DNA of 64,000 bases from Tubulanus polymorphus (lineage: Eukaryota; Animalia; Nemertea), in NCBI RefSeq assembly GCF_964204645.1, contig NC_134035.1:3720001-3784000 (forward strand), given 5' to 3'. How positions within the stretch are numbered: position 1 is the first letter of the stretch; each line of letters begins with the position of its first letter. Shown here in pieces: positions 1-13,600 of this stretch. The position numbers were made by a program, and so were the translations under genes. The notes beneath the pieces are model-generated. The model saw only the letters and a list, made by a program, of their open reading frames with translations. It made no database searches and had not been told where the DNA came from.

Positions 1-285
1 ATTTCGTCGCACTTTGAGAGGAGTTTCACAATGAGACGACCGGTACCGAGTTTGGAGGAGCAGTATTGTAATTTCGCTTGGCTTGCCGTTCGATCTTCAG
101 TTATATTTATTTCATTTTCGCTCTCGTATTTATGTATGTTATATTCTTTTTTCTTGTTTTTAGTTTATTATACATGCAGTAAACTCAGCTTTATCCAGTT
201 GCGTTCGAAATGGAAATATTTCACCCTGAGTTGTGAAACAGGACCTGAATCCACAGTTTACGATTGAAGATTGACTCAATGAATA

Positions 286-587
286 CAAGGGCAGATCCAG
301 GGGGTCGTGTGAGACAAGAAAGTGCCCTTTTGGGATGTGACGAGTTCAAAATTGGTCTCTGGATTTCCTCTATGTAATACGAATTTGGATCTATTATGAA
401 TGTCATTTATGGTCGACCTACAAATGAATTTGTGTACATGTACATCAAAGTGCCATTTTGGGATGTGGCAAGTTCCTCAAAACTGGCCCCTCAGTCGGGA
501 GTTCACGTGATATTGCCTTTTTGGACAACTACATGCCATTTTGGGATGTGACAAGTCCTTCAAAATTGGCTTCTGGATCCGCCCCTG
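286..587. mobile_element. hAT-like MITE
   Basis: Imperfect TIRs caagggcagatccag / ctggatccgcccctg; internal repeats of gtgccattttgggatgtg. Confidence 0.6.
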
Positions 588-917
588 GTAGTGAACTGCT
601 GGTAATTAGAAATGAATTGATTGAATTGAATCAAACTTCGTCGGCAACCGTGGATTTTGCAGATTTTTTTTCTCTAATTTGGCTTTTCATTCATCTAATG
701 AATCAGATTAATACATCGCTTTCAATATAATTCTGTTTGTCTGGTAGATAGTCGTACGGAATTGATGTCTTCATTTTAGCACATGTCAATTTGAAATGAC
801 CGATAAACCGTTAGGTTTTTATGACGAGGCTGTATTTGACGAGCAATTACGGACCGGCGGTCGATCGTGAAATATTCGCGTCAAATTTTTGAAATACGTT
901 CTATCGTCTTTTTGTAG

Positions 918-2427
918 ATGAAAATGGAAATGTTGAAGCAACAAAAAGAAAGGCAACACATGGAAGCGGCCAGACAGCAACAGATGCTCGGTATGTGATA
1001 GTTAAAAGGCTTTTATGATCTCTATATGCAGGCTGGCCAATCGTGTGGAAAACCCAGGGCCCGGTCTTATAGACTGATTTTACCTTTAACCCGCGGGACT
1101 GACTCAATACATAATCAATTGAGATAGCCCCCGGGTTAAAGGTAATACCAGTCTATAAAACCGGGCCCAGGGAATCTGAAAAATCTAGAAAAATCAGGGA
1201 GAACTCGGGGAATTTGGATGTGTTATTGACCACGCGTTTCTTTATCAATAAGTGAATCTGATGCTAACATTCTAGACCTAGAGTTTTCTATGATTTACTC
1301 ACATTACTTACTTACTTACTGGAAAATCAGGGAAAACTCTGGGAATTTGTTAATTAGTGGAAAGTGGCCACCCTGCCTGATGAAACATGGAAAATTAAAC
1401 CTGGGCTTTGCGGAATCATTCGGACTAAAGAACGAAGAGAAGTACTGACGATATTATAATACATATTTCGTATTTTCATAATTTCTAGCGCGACAACAAA
1501 TGATGCAGCAACAACAGAGAATGCAGTTTCCGCCGCAACAACAACAGCAGCAGCAGCAGCAGCAACAACAACCACAGCAACAACAACAACAGCAACAGCC
1601 TCATTCGGCTCAACAGTTACGCCATATGCTGCAAGCAGTAAGTTCACACTTCACAGGCCAGTTGCTCAAATGGACTTTAGATTGTCAACTATCCACTTGT
1701 TAACTTCAACCAACTTTTGAGCAACTGGATCCAGGGATTGAGAACGGATTCAAAACGGTTAATTATTAGTGGTTGTCTTCATTGAAAGCATTTTAGTTCA
1801 AACATTTGAGTTAGCCGTGAAGTTGGGCCCAGGAGTTTGAAGTAAACACTGAACAGTGCATAGTGGCTATTAATACATATTGATACCACCTACAGTTGCT
1901 GGTTTAGTTGAAGCTGTTTCAGTTAGAATCACAATGTCACAAGTCTTGTCACCAACAAACTCCAGGGGCCTGTTTTACAGATTGGTATTACCTTTAACAC
2001 GGGGGCTAACTTAATTCATTTTCAGTTTAGTTAGCCCCTAGGTTAAAGGTAATACAGTCCTGGAGACCAGAAAATCTGTTAGTTATAACCAATAGTTTGT
2101 TGTATCTAGCATGAAATTATTAGATTGACCGATTTGGAACGTAGGTCTGTGTTTGTTACCGATAAATCTTTATATCCTAGGCCGTAAGAATGAGGTTCTA
2201 CTGTAGTTCTTTTTAAATGCATTATTCTCTATTTTCAGCAACAAATGCGTCAACAACAGCAACAAATCATATTACAGCAGCAGCAACAGAGACAGAGGGC
2301 TCCGGTGCCGCAACCTCAGCAACAAACGCAACAACCATCGCAACAAATGCAGATGGCGACTGGACAAATGGGTGGGCAACAAATGCCGCAACAATTGCTG
2401 CCCGATGACTTTGGTTTAGATTTCTAA
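918..2427 (+). CDS. MED25: 3' end (last three coding exons 918-990, 1489-1637, 2239-2427) of a MED25-like gene; upstream exons lie outside the window
   Basis: AG/GT-bounded exons with compatible phases (0-1, 1-0, 0-stop) give MKMEMLKQQKERQHMEAARQQQML/ARQQMMQQ…HSAQQLRHMLQA/QQMRQQ…LLPDDFGLDF*. QLRHML resembles the MED25 LxxLL box and the acidic-hydrophobic end resembles the MED25 C-terminus. The same exons lie downstream of clear MED25 VWA exons in the second copy. Confidence 0.75.
1029..1375. mobile_element. hAT-like MITE with a nested palindromic MITE (1057-1168)
   Basis: TIRs caggctggcca / tggccaccctg with ggaaaatcaggga repeats; nested 112-bp hairpin gggcccggtcttatagactg…cagtctataaaaccgggccc flanked by CAG. 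Confidence 0.65.
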
Positions 2428-3171
2428 CTGACTAGGATAGCAGTGTTCTCCTTAAGCTATCCCGGTGATAGATTGTGAAATTATTGTTACGTATTGTTGG
2501 TTGAATTATGTCTATCGCCAAACTTTGTAAATCGTCTTCGGATAAGGTGTTACATTACTTAACCCTTTCAGTGCTGACTTATTAATACCCGAATATGCTG
2601 GGGTTGTAATTTAGGATTTTTAAAAATTCCACCCCAGTGCGTTGAATAACAAGCATTCTGCTGTAGCATGTCTACACCACAGTGTGATGTATCATTAGTA
2701 ACTAATATTTCACTATGTTTAATGCCATCTTTCAATGGAGATGTTAAAGTCTTTGTTAATTTGAGTCCCAGTTTGTATTTCTAATTCAATTTGCATTTGA
2801 ATAAGTCGTCAACATAATGATCTTCCCTAATGTGACGACTTAAACGTCTATACGCTGATAATGATGTTATGTGTTCAATGATAAATTATGTATTTATTGC
2901 GTCATCTTTTGCTATGTAAGTAAAGAATATTTGTGTTAACTATTGAAACGTATGTTGTAAATTATTGTGAATATAGCATAACTTAATAATACGTTCAACG
3001 GAAGATTGTATTATTGTTTTTTCTAATTTTGTCATTAATTGTCTGTACGTCAAAAGCTCAGAGGACTTTTCTCTCCGTTACAGGGCCCAGTTCAACATTC
3101 GTAGCTTAGATTTAAGACCAGTTTATGCCAGCCACGGTTGCGTTACAAAATCTTTTTCGTAATTCAACCAT

Positions 3172-3990
3172 GATGACTGGGCAACTGAATGACTGTACCA
3201 CTGGATGACTGGTGATCTGGATACTGTACGACTGGATGACTGTACCACTAGTAACTGGTTATCTGGATGACTGTACCACTAAATGACTGGTCATCTGGAT
3301 ACTGTACGACTGGATGTCTGCATGACAGTACTACTGGATGACTGGTAGATTGGTAGCATCACCATCATCTACATCACTGCCATCGTCATCACCATCGTAA
3401 CCATCTACACCATCACCACAGCGTCACAATCATCATTACCACTTTCTTAACTATCTGCACCATCACCACAGCATTGTCATCACTGTCACCTTCAGCATCA
3501 CTATCTGCATTACCGGCATTACCTTCTTCAGTATCACCACCAACATCCTCATCACCACTATCATCTACATCATTATCATCACTGTCTCAACCATCCGCAA
3601 CAGCACCTCCAGCGCATCACTGTTTCCATTACTAGCATCACCTCCAGCAGCTTCATTATCACTATCACCATCATCTACATCACTGCCATCTTCACCACCA
3701 TCTGCACCTTCAGCATAGCATCGCTACCATCATCATTACAGTAACCTCCAGCATCACTATCTCCATCACCAGCATTCCTTCTCCAGCATCACCACTATCT
3801 GCACCTTCAGCATAGCATCGCTACCATCATCATCACAGTCACCTCCAGCATCACTATCTCCATGATCAGCATTACCTTCTCCAGCATTACCACCATCTGC
3901 ACCTCCGGCATCACTATCTCCATCACCAGCATTCCTTCTCCAGCATCACCACCATCTTTAGCTTCACTATCTCCATCACCAGCATAACCC
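3172..3990 (+). repeat. Degenerate ~15-bp repeat (ctggatgactgtacc) followed by a CAT/CAC-rich low-complexity tract
   Basis: Directly visible periodicity; copy B (about 49350-50070) has a shorter tract. Confidence 0.8.
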
Positions 3991-4395
3991 TATTGCGATT
4001 AAGTACACGTATTTTCATATAATGTCCCCTGAATATTTTAAAATGTTAAACAACACAGTAATACCAAAACGCCCAAGATTGTCTAAGAGAGGTCCTTAAA
4101 TGCATCTGTTGATTCAAATGACAAACATCTATCTTCAAAACGTATTTAATCGGATTGTCAGGTCCTTTGAAAAGCAGACATTTCGCGAAATGGCATGTCG
4201 GTAGCAATCAATCAAACATAAATGTTTTGTTTTCATTGCTGGAATTACTGATGAGACAAAATAGTGATACCCTGTTTCTCATTTCCGTTGATCCGGCTGG
4301 TCGCCTTCCCTATACATAACTATTTTCTAAATCATAATTAAGCAAACAATAACAGATCAGTCTGTTTTAGCTATGAACTGATTGTTAATTTCATT

Positions 4396-6678
4396 GCAGT
4401 TTACGAAAGTGACCCAGACGATTATGAGAAACTAGGTCTCATTTTTTAACCTAAACAAAGTCGATCATCGCCTCATTAACTAATTAATGAGACTCATTAA
4501 ACCAACCGTTACTGTAGAATTCGTGCGCATTTGTCCATTTCGAAAAATCACCATGTCATGTTTTTCAAGTTGGAGGCGCAAGTTGCATATTTGAACAATG
4601 TCCTGTCGCGCTCGACTAACTGGAAACATGGCCGTGACCGGGACGTGATTAGCTTATATACATTCTGTGCATTAGTCAGAGATATATCGACTGTCATACG
4701 AGACACACGTAAAGTTTTGTAGGGATTTAGGATATCGACTCTGCGAGAAATACATTGGATTTTTAAAGGGAAACACTTCATTTGGAAATCTCATCGTTCG
4801 TATTTAGATGCGGCAACGATGAGTATATATTAACAGAGTTTCAAGGTATATTTACTTCGGAGCTGCAAGAAAATATATCAGTTTTTGAAGTGGGAATACC
4901 TATTCAGCTAAGACAAATTGGAATTCTCGAATTCATCGTTCACATCTGGATGAACTGCAGCATCAGTGTTAGAGCTGATGATGTCGTAGAATGGATTTTC
5001 GATTTCGTTGAAGATGGTGACGCTGAAAGAATAAACTTGCGTTACCGGTATATCGGGATATAGTAAGCTGATATCCAGTGTATCGTACGTGATCATATTG
5101 GAATAATAAACAAATGCGATCGCTAATCTTTCAAAACGTTGATAAGGCATGTCTATTAACCGGACCAATACTCGCTTGCCAGGGCAAAAAGGAGCCTAAA
5201 AGGCCCAGGAGAGGCAGGCATTTTACGGACGCGGACCTATAATATGCGTGACCGGACCAATACTCGCTTGCCAGGGCAAAAAGGAGCCTAAAAGGCCCAG
5301 GAGAGGCAGGCATTTTACGGACGCGGACCTATAATATGCGTGACCGGACCAATACTCGCTTGCCAGGGCAAAAAGGAGCCTAAAAGGCCCAGGAGAGGCA
5401 GGCATTTTACGGACGCGGACCTATAATATGCGTGACCGGACCAATACTCGCTTGCCAGGGCAAAAAGGAGCCTAAAAGGCCCAGGAGAGGCAGGCATTTT
5501 ACGGAAGCGGACCTATAATATGCGTGACCGGACCGATACTCGCTTGCCAGGGCAAAAAGGAGCCTAAAAGGCCCAGGAGAGGCAGGAATTTTACGGAAGC
5601 GGACCTATAATATGCGTGACCGGACCAATAATCGCTTGCCAGGGCAAAAATGAGCCAAAAAGGCCCATTCGAGCCATGACGTGGGACCGGACCGAAAATT
5701 CCGTAGTCAAAAATTCCCAATAAGAGTGGAATGAATGAAACAATAAATAACAAACAATATCATATAAGGACATTAATTTATTCATGTTCAATGGCTAAAA
5801 ATCATACAGAAATAAATTAACAAAGAACAAATTGGAATTCAACACTTCCTCCCCCCCACCTCCATTTGACAATAAATGAATTATCAATTACCTCACTAAT
5901 TATCATAAGAATGTCTCACCAACTGTTTAATCAATTAGCGATCACATTTGATTATCAATCCGATGATAATTGTCCAATGCACTGATTATGAGCTTATTAT
6001 ATCCTGATATTACACGTATAAGTTTATTCCGAACAGATTTCGTGGTGTCAAAATCTTCAACGTAATCAAGAATTCGACATTCTACGATATCATCAGCTCT
6101 ATCACTGATTGCTGCAGTTTATCCAGATGTTAACGATGAACTCCAATTGGTCTAAGTCGAGTAGCGAATTCCCGTTTCAAAAACCTGCGTACGTTCTTGC
6201 AGCTCCGAAGTCAATATTTTGAATCCGCTCTACAAGATCGTTGCAGCGTCCAGATACGAACGATGATGAAAGTCTTTTTGAAAGTCTGAATTTGTGAGTT
6301 CCAAATAAAGTGTTTCAGTTTCGAAAATGCCGTGTATTTTCTCGCAGAGTCGATATCCTAAATCCCTACAAAACTGTACGCGTGTCTCGTATGACAGCCG
6401 ATATATCTCTGACTGACTCATGTACAGAATGTATATAAGCTAATCACGTCACGGTCACGGTCCCAGTTAGTCGACCGAAATTGTTCAAAAATGCAACTTG
6501 CGCCTCCAACCTGAAAAATGATATGATACAATTTGTCGTCTAAATAAATGAACAAATTTTGTGCATATCTTATACAATATGGATTGATCTCAGTTAATGA
6601 GGCGATGACCGACTATATTTTCAGCTTAAAGCTAAAGATACCTTGTTTCTCAATCGGCCGGGTCACTTTCGTTAACTA
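4396..6678. mobile_element. Long inverted-repeat (foldback-like) element; arms about 4396-5150 and 5908-6678
   Basis: Left-arm gcagtttacgaaagtgaccc…atcgcctcattaac and aatgcgatcgctaat match reverse complements in the right arm. The ORF track shows the same pseudo-peptide EIYRLSYET..CRDLGYRLCEK on opposite strands. A further fragment lies at about 17920-18215. Confidence 0.75.
5159..5665. repeat. 92-bp tandem array (~5.5 copies); duplicate at about 51220-51723
   Basis: Unit accggaccaatactcgcttgccagggcaaaaaggagcctaaaaggcccaggagaggcaggcattttacggacgcggacctataatatgcgtg. Confidence 0.95.
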
Positions 6679-6796
6679 CACATCTTATACAATATGGATT
6701 GATCTCAGTTAATGAGGCGATGACCGACTATATTTTCAGCTTAAAGCTAAAGATACCTTGTTTCTCAATCGGCCGGGTCACTTTCGTTAACTACAC
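6567..6796. repeat. 115-bp tandem duplication
   Basis: atcttatacaatatggattg…cgttaactacac occurs twice; present in both segmental copies. Confidence 0.9.
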
Positions 6797-7195
6797 ACGC
6801 GGACGATTTATTCTAAACAAGTTCATTTCTCTTGTCGTCGGGTCTGTTGCGTTATGATTATAGCTTCATCGTGATTTTTCTTAAAGGCACAGGGTCGGGT
6901 CAAATTTTAAGCTCAACAGATGTTCGACCTGGATTGTGTTTAGTCCTCGTGGACATAAAGTTAACTATAACTGAGGTCAAGTTCTCCCAATATGTGTTCG
7001 TTTGTTTGTTTATCCTCCGGGTGAGTTCTAACGCTGCCGACACATATTTATCCAGTTCATCTGATGTAGAGTCCTGATCATCAAACACTTCAATGGTTCC
7101 ATCCTAATGATGACAAACATCCTAAAAAATATACACGAAACTTAATAGATTTGAGGCCACCAATCAAAGTTAAGTCTAGTTACCGGTGTATCACA

Positions 7196-8823
7196 AAATG
7201 AGTGTCAGGGGTCAAATATTTTTTGTCTCCGATTTCGATGAAATTCAGTATAGACATGTATTGTTGGGTGCTGATTACAAATCTGAAAGAATTTTTCGGA
7301 TCTGAGGCCCAGAAAATGAGAAATTCGAATTTTTGGGGGGACCCCCTAAATTTTCAAAAGGCCTTGGACCCCAGAGTTTTTGAGATATTCAAAATCTAAT
7401 TGCAGATTTGGAATCAGCGCCCCTAAAAATATAGAGGACTTAAATTTTAAGCAAATCGAAGAGATTCGATTTTTTGGCTAAAAATGGCAAAAATCCAGGA
7501 GTTTTTTTTCGGCGAAAAATTTTTTTTCTCTGATTCCTTCGAAAATTAGTAGGAATATGTATTCTGAGGTGTAGATTCCGGATCCGCAATCAGATTTTGA
7601 ATCGGAATTCATCTTCATGGGCAAATAAGGGTTTTAATGCCCAAAATATGCACCCCAAAAATGGGGTAGAAAGTCAAAATTTTTGTCCAATACTTGACCA
7701 GTACTGACCAGTTATCAGTGCTAACCATAACCCCCCATAAGTAATTTATATGTTTAGTAAAGCCATAAAATCGTGTTTGGGCGTCGAGCGACTAAATATG
7801 GCGCGGGCTATGATCTAACAACTATTTAACTGACCAATTTTTTTACCAATACTGACCTTTAAGTAATGTGTGTATTTTAGAAGCAACACAGTCGTGTTTG
7901 GTGTCTAATAATTAGACATTGTTTGGGCTTTCATCTAACAACACTATTCCAACTGACCAAATCTTGACCAATACTGACCACATAGCTATATTTATCTGTT
8001 TCAGAAACAAAATGAGTGTCAGGGGTCAAATATTTTTTGTCTCCGATTTCGATGAAATTCAGTATAGACATGTATTGTTGGGTGCTGATTACAAATCTGA
8101 AAGAATTTTTCGGATCTGAGGCCCAGAAAATGAGAAATTCGAATTTTTGGGGGGACCCCCTAAATTTTCAAAAGGCCTTGGACCCCAGAGTTTTTGAGAT
8201 ATTCAAAATCTAATTGCAGATTTGGAATCAGCGCCCCTAAAAATATAGAGGACTTAAATTTTAAGCAAATCGAAGAGATTCGATTTTTTGGCTAAAAATG
8301 GCAAAAATCCAGGAGTTTTTTTTCGGCGAAAAATTTTTTTTCTCTGATTCCTTCGAAAATTAGTAGGAATATGTATTCTGAGGTGTAGATTCCGGATCCG
8401 CAATCAGATTTTGAATCGGAATTCATCTTCATGGGCAAATAAGGGTTTTAATGCCCAAAATATGCACCCCAAAAATGGGGTAGAAAGTCAAAATTTTTGT
8501 CCAATACTTGACCAGTACTGACCAGTTATCAGTGCTAACCATAACCCCCCATAAGTAATTTATATGTTTAGTAAAGCCATAAAATCGTGTTTGGGCGTCG
8601 AGCGACTAAATATGGCGCGGGCTATGATCTAACAACTATTTAACTGACCAATTTTTTTACCAATACTGACCTTTAAGTAATGTGTGTATTTTAGAAGCAA
8701 CACAGTCGTGTTTGGTGTCTAATAATTAGACATTGTTTGGGCTTTCATCTAACAACACTATTCCAACTGACCAAATCTTGACCAATACTGACCACATAGC
8801 TATATTTATCTGTTTCAGAAACA
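7196..8823. repeat. 814-bp tandem duplication specific to copy A
   Basis: Identical ORFs at 7202 and 8016; junction …tcagaaacaa|aatgagtgtc; single copy in block B. Confidence 0.93.
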
Positions 8824-10635
8824 ACTTAGTCGTGTCTGGTATCAAATGATTTCATTTGGCCTGAACGTAAATATAACATCTCTTTTACATGTATAAGCTA
8901 CACAAGTACTCTCTAATTACCGGTTAAATGTTTTTAGAAATGACACGGGGTTTTGACTGAACCCTTCGTTAGTCCTACTAGCTCTTATATTTAAATTTGT
9001 CGCTTGAAAAGTCTTGTCAGATTTTTATAGTAGGTAGCGAGCTAACTTTGGAATTTCCTACTAAAGTCTATCCCAGTGGTTATGATCGCGGTGCATCAAA
9101 CAGTTCATATCATCGCAGATCTGGAACCCTGTGGTTTCTATGTGCTCAACCCTACAAGTAACTGAGGTCAGGCAACTACTACATTCAAGAGTGAATAATA
9201 CTAAAGTTTTCCCATCCTGGTCATTCACTTCTCTTTATTCCTCTAGATTTGGTTTTTTCTTGTATATTCTCAAAAGTGCTGCCAAATAGCAGTGAAAACG
9301 TGTGGACTCCAGTCAGGTCCAGGCTTCTACTTATCAGAAATTATTGAAACATGAAACATGAAGCTAGGTCAATAAGCAATTTCTTTTTATGAATGACTTT
9401 AAGAAAACTGGAAAAAGAGAAACATCTGTACCGGTATCGTACCGGTACATTTTTTTGCCATTATGAGAATGCCGGTTTGCTAGCGTATCTATTTAACACC
9501 CGTATTGCTCGGGTTAGTTTTACTACCAACGGGTGGCGCTGTATGTAAATTTCACATAAATCAACGACTTTCGGCTATTAGCGGTACTTAAGACCACTTG
9601 AAAACATCATAGTCAATTACGGTAGTAGTGAACATAAAAAGATACAGTACAAAGATACAGTGCGGTGTACAGTTAAGGACATGATTCCATAGCACCCATA
9701 CTAGAGATATTTTATTCAGACAAGGACTATTAGTTAAACATAATCTTCATGACATTTTCAGCAATTAATGATCTGTTGAATTAATTAGTAATTCAGTCTT
9801 TCGGTGGTTCGAGATAAAATGCCCGCAAAATAAGAACCTAACGAACCAGGGCTGACCACAAATTGCCCACCAGATAAATTTTCGAAACGACACAATCCAA
9901 TCATGTTTGGTATCAAATAACTCGTGGCTCGGACCATGGTCTATTAACTGACCACTGCATGACCAGTACCATATATAGTAAATTATTTGTTTAGCAAACA
10001 ATTAAGTTGTTTGGGTCAAATAACTAGAAATGATGTTGGCATTAATCTAAAAATTGTTTAACTGACCAATACTTGACCAGTACTGACCAGTTATCAGTGC
10101 AAACCATAACCCCCCATAAGTAATTTATATGTTTAGTAAAGCCATAAAATCGTGTTTGGGCGTCGAGCGACTAAATATGGCGCGGGCTATGATCTAACAA
10201 CTATTTAACTGACCAATTTTTTTTACCAATACTGACTAATACTTTAAGTAATTGGTCTATTTTAGAAGCAACACAGTCGTGTTTGGTGTCTAATAATTAG
10301 ATATTGTGTGGGCTTTCATCTAACAACACTATTCCAACTGACCAAATCTTGACCAATACTGACCACATAGCTATATTTATCTGTTTCAGAAACAACTTAG
10401 TCGTGTCTGGTATCAAATGATTTCATTTGGCCTGAACGTAAATATAACATCTCTTTTACATGTATAAGCTACACAAGTACTCTCTAATTACCGGTTAAAT
10501 GTTTTTAGAAATGACACGGGGTTTTGCCTGAACCCTTCGTTAGTACTACTAGCTCTTATATTTAAATTTGTCGCTTGAAAAGTCTTGTCAGATTTTTATA
10601 GTAGGTAGCGAGCTAACTTTGGAATTTCCTACTAA
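8501..10635. repeat. ~565-bp direct repeats (8501-9065 and 10066-10635) around a 1-kb spacer, rich in actgacca motifs
   Basis: ccaatacttgaccagtactgaccag…gaatttcctactaaa occurs twice; no TG…CA termini. Confidence 0.85.
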
Positions 10636-13600
10636 ATGCAAAATATTTATCTCGTGGGGTTTTGAACGAACAATGTTTCGATTTGTAATTGTAACGTGCG
10701 CATTTGAGCCTGTAACGTGCACATTTCACTCGCGTGAACGTGCGTATCGGTACCATTATGCGAGACTTGTTCAAACTGAACATTAAAGAAGATATTATAT
10801 CATATCATATATATGAATATAGAAGGAATGATAATGTAGTAGTTTCGTAGCTGCTGTCCACTGACCACAGATTAAAGTTAATCGCCTGATATGAAGTATA
10901 TATTGTTATAGGGATGTAGTAGTTCAGCGAGAATTCAAACTTATGGGTAATTCTGAGTGATCACTCAAAATTACCCATAAGTTTACGCTGACCAATAGAG
11001 AAAGCTGTAAGGCCTAAGAAAAGATGCATTAAGTATAACGTATCTTTCAATATAATGAAGAAGTATTCAATTGGCCATCTGATCACAACAATAGTGTGAC
11101 TTGTCTTATTGAAGCAATTGTAAAATACCGGAGAGTAAATTGGAGAACCCTGAATTCAAAACAATTCCACACTCAATCGTTTACTTTGAAAACACAATTT
11201 ACAATTAGTGGACATGCATTTTTTCTGCACGAAAAGCATGAAGTATATTATATTTGCTTGTAAAAATTTGAAGTTTTCGGGGAAGATTTTTGGCCTAACC
11301 TGTGAACACGTCCTTGATATATTTTCTTCATATAAGACCGACCCTTGAAATAATGCTGAGAGTTTCGAGGAAAATTGTGGTAGGATGTAAACTTAGGCCG
11401 CTTCGTATCCGTGGAAGGTTGCTAATTATTGATTCTATACACAATAATCATAAGTACGTAACATGAGACTCGATAGAATATCGTTTTTCAATCATACGTA
11501 CGCGAATTATCGCGTTATAAAGATAAATGGCACTTTAATATACTTGTTAAGTCTTATAATGTATATTTCTTTAGTAGTACAAATCAAGAGTGGATCTGCA
11601 GGCCACCTGAGACTATTCCACGATCTAAGGTCAGTTGCCAAAAGTTAGTAAGTTTACCAGTGGATAGTTAACATTAATAATGACGATTAAAACTTCATTG
11701 CTAAAATAACTTTCTACTTGTAAAATAGTCACACTCAAATGCGGAGAATCGATAATACGATAATACGATACGAAAACTCACTGTGTACAAACAAATTCAA
11801 AAAGAAGATCTCTAGTGAGAAATTGAACGTTGTGTCGTAATGTTCTAATGATAAAACTTGGTTTGAAATTTGAAATGTGTACATAGTGGATCTTTTACAT
11901 ATTAACAGTGTATTTGGCCATGTATCATATTGTATAATGGTTAATCTAAACTAACTGGTCCCAGAGTTGTATCCTTAATTCCTGTAATAGAGGATGCAAT
12001 CTTTTTGTGGCAAACAGTACAAATACCTAGAAAAAGCAACGATAGTGCATTGGCAAACTTAAAGCAAGCGTACATTGGTTTGTTTAGGTTTTTCATTGGG
12101 AAAATTAATGTTTAATCATTATTGAAATATCCGAGGCGAGCTTTTCCAGGAATTTACAAAGTTGAGCTTTACACAAGGAATGCTTTTGTAGTCCGATATC
12201 CGTGATTACCTCTGGCGTGGAGAGATACAATCTAAAACGTAGTCAAATATTTTACCACAATTTTCTATGATTAGTAAAAAGATTGAGTACCGGTAATAGA
12301 CATAAACATGCAAACAGTAATATCTGAATTCCACTCCATTTCAAACTCATTCATCTTTACACAAACTCCAACTTGTTGAACCGTTCAAAATCGCGTGGCT
12401 TGAATTATTGCGATAGCTAAAATTAGGGACCACGATACTTGCTCATCTACACTGGCTACCAATTTAACAAAGGATTGAATTTGTGTGTTTGATGTTGTTA
12501 CAATACCATACTGAATTATGGATTCAGTTTCTACTTTTTGATTGAACATTTATATCACATATTGGGCATCATTTTTACCAGTATATATGGAATAACTTAT
12601 CCATATATCATTTTTGATTTTATATAATCTGACTTTTGAGATGTCATTCAATCAATGCATTCATATGCGGTCGTCGCTTTCAATAGCCACCACGGACTGG
12701 CTCCTTAATATCTCCTTAGCGTTACCTTGGCGGACGATCTCATACGTTTCTTGCCCCAGCCCTAGAATGCTCAATTATAGTCGATATGAACACTCGATTT
12801 GAATTCAAATTCTTAAAGACTCCTAAAAACACACCTGTTAATTCGATTACTCAAAAGCGCCTTTGAACATTTATATACAAGAACCAGTGAAATTGGCGCT
12901 TTATCAGTTGTATTCATCATTCGAACCCACAATTCTCCTTATCCTATGAATGTGGAGACCCATCCTCGTTAAGAGAATGAATATATAGGCTCTGTCATTT
13001 GATAAGAGGCTACGCGTCATCTTTAATTGAAATCATGTGATTTCAATTAAAGATGACCGTGGCCTCATATCATTACGTTATGTTTTTTTAAAGGCTGGGC
13101 GAGAATATGTTCTTATGTTTTTGTTTCTGTGAATGTTGCTATTTAAGAGTTCAATAATTTCAGTCTACCAAACAAAGGGTTTTTCTTTATGTTTCGTGTC
13201 CTGTTTTTCCATAACCCTATCGCATTTTAGGTATCTTTTCGCGGATGACCAAAAGTTGCTGTCCCTTTCTAGTAATTTGATGATATATGTCGAATTTAAA
13301 TTTTAAAAAGGAATCAGGCATATCTCCTTGTTTGACTAAGTATGAACTCAACTTTAAGGGGCACTCCCTTAAAAGGCACCGAAGTGAAATCATGTGTCGA
13401 GTGGAGATGACAGAATTTCTTCAAAATCGGCGGAGAAAATTGAGTATTTTGGAAAATAATAATTTTACATGTATGCAAATCCGTTATATCTCTCTAGAAA
13501 TAACAATACGACGACAAGCACTTTCGAATCCGACCACGATATTCGAGAAGTTTCACTAGGGCAGTGGTGGTCAGTGATGGTCATTTATGATTTTTCAATG

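Noticed and set aside
3355-3990. Asp/Gly-rich biomineralisation-type protein on the minus strand
   Set aside because: Several frameshifts and stops in both copies; better explained as a decayed (CAT/CAC)n low-complexity tract.
6900-7088. hAT dimerisation-domain-like peptide SDELDKYV…YW
   Set aside because: Only a few residues match, the downstream conserved motif is missing, and other copies of the repeat do not keep the frame.
8501-10635. LTR retrotransposon/TRIM from the 565-bp direct repeats
   Set aside because: No TG…CA ends, PBS, PPT or TSD seen; the spacer shares the same motifs, consistent with a partial tandem duplication.
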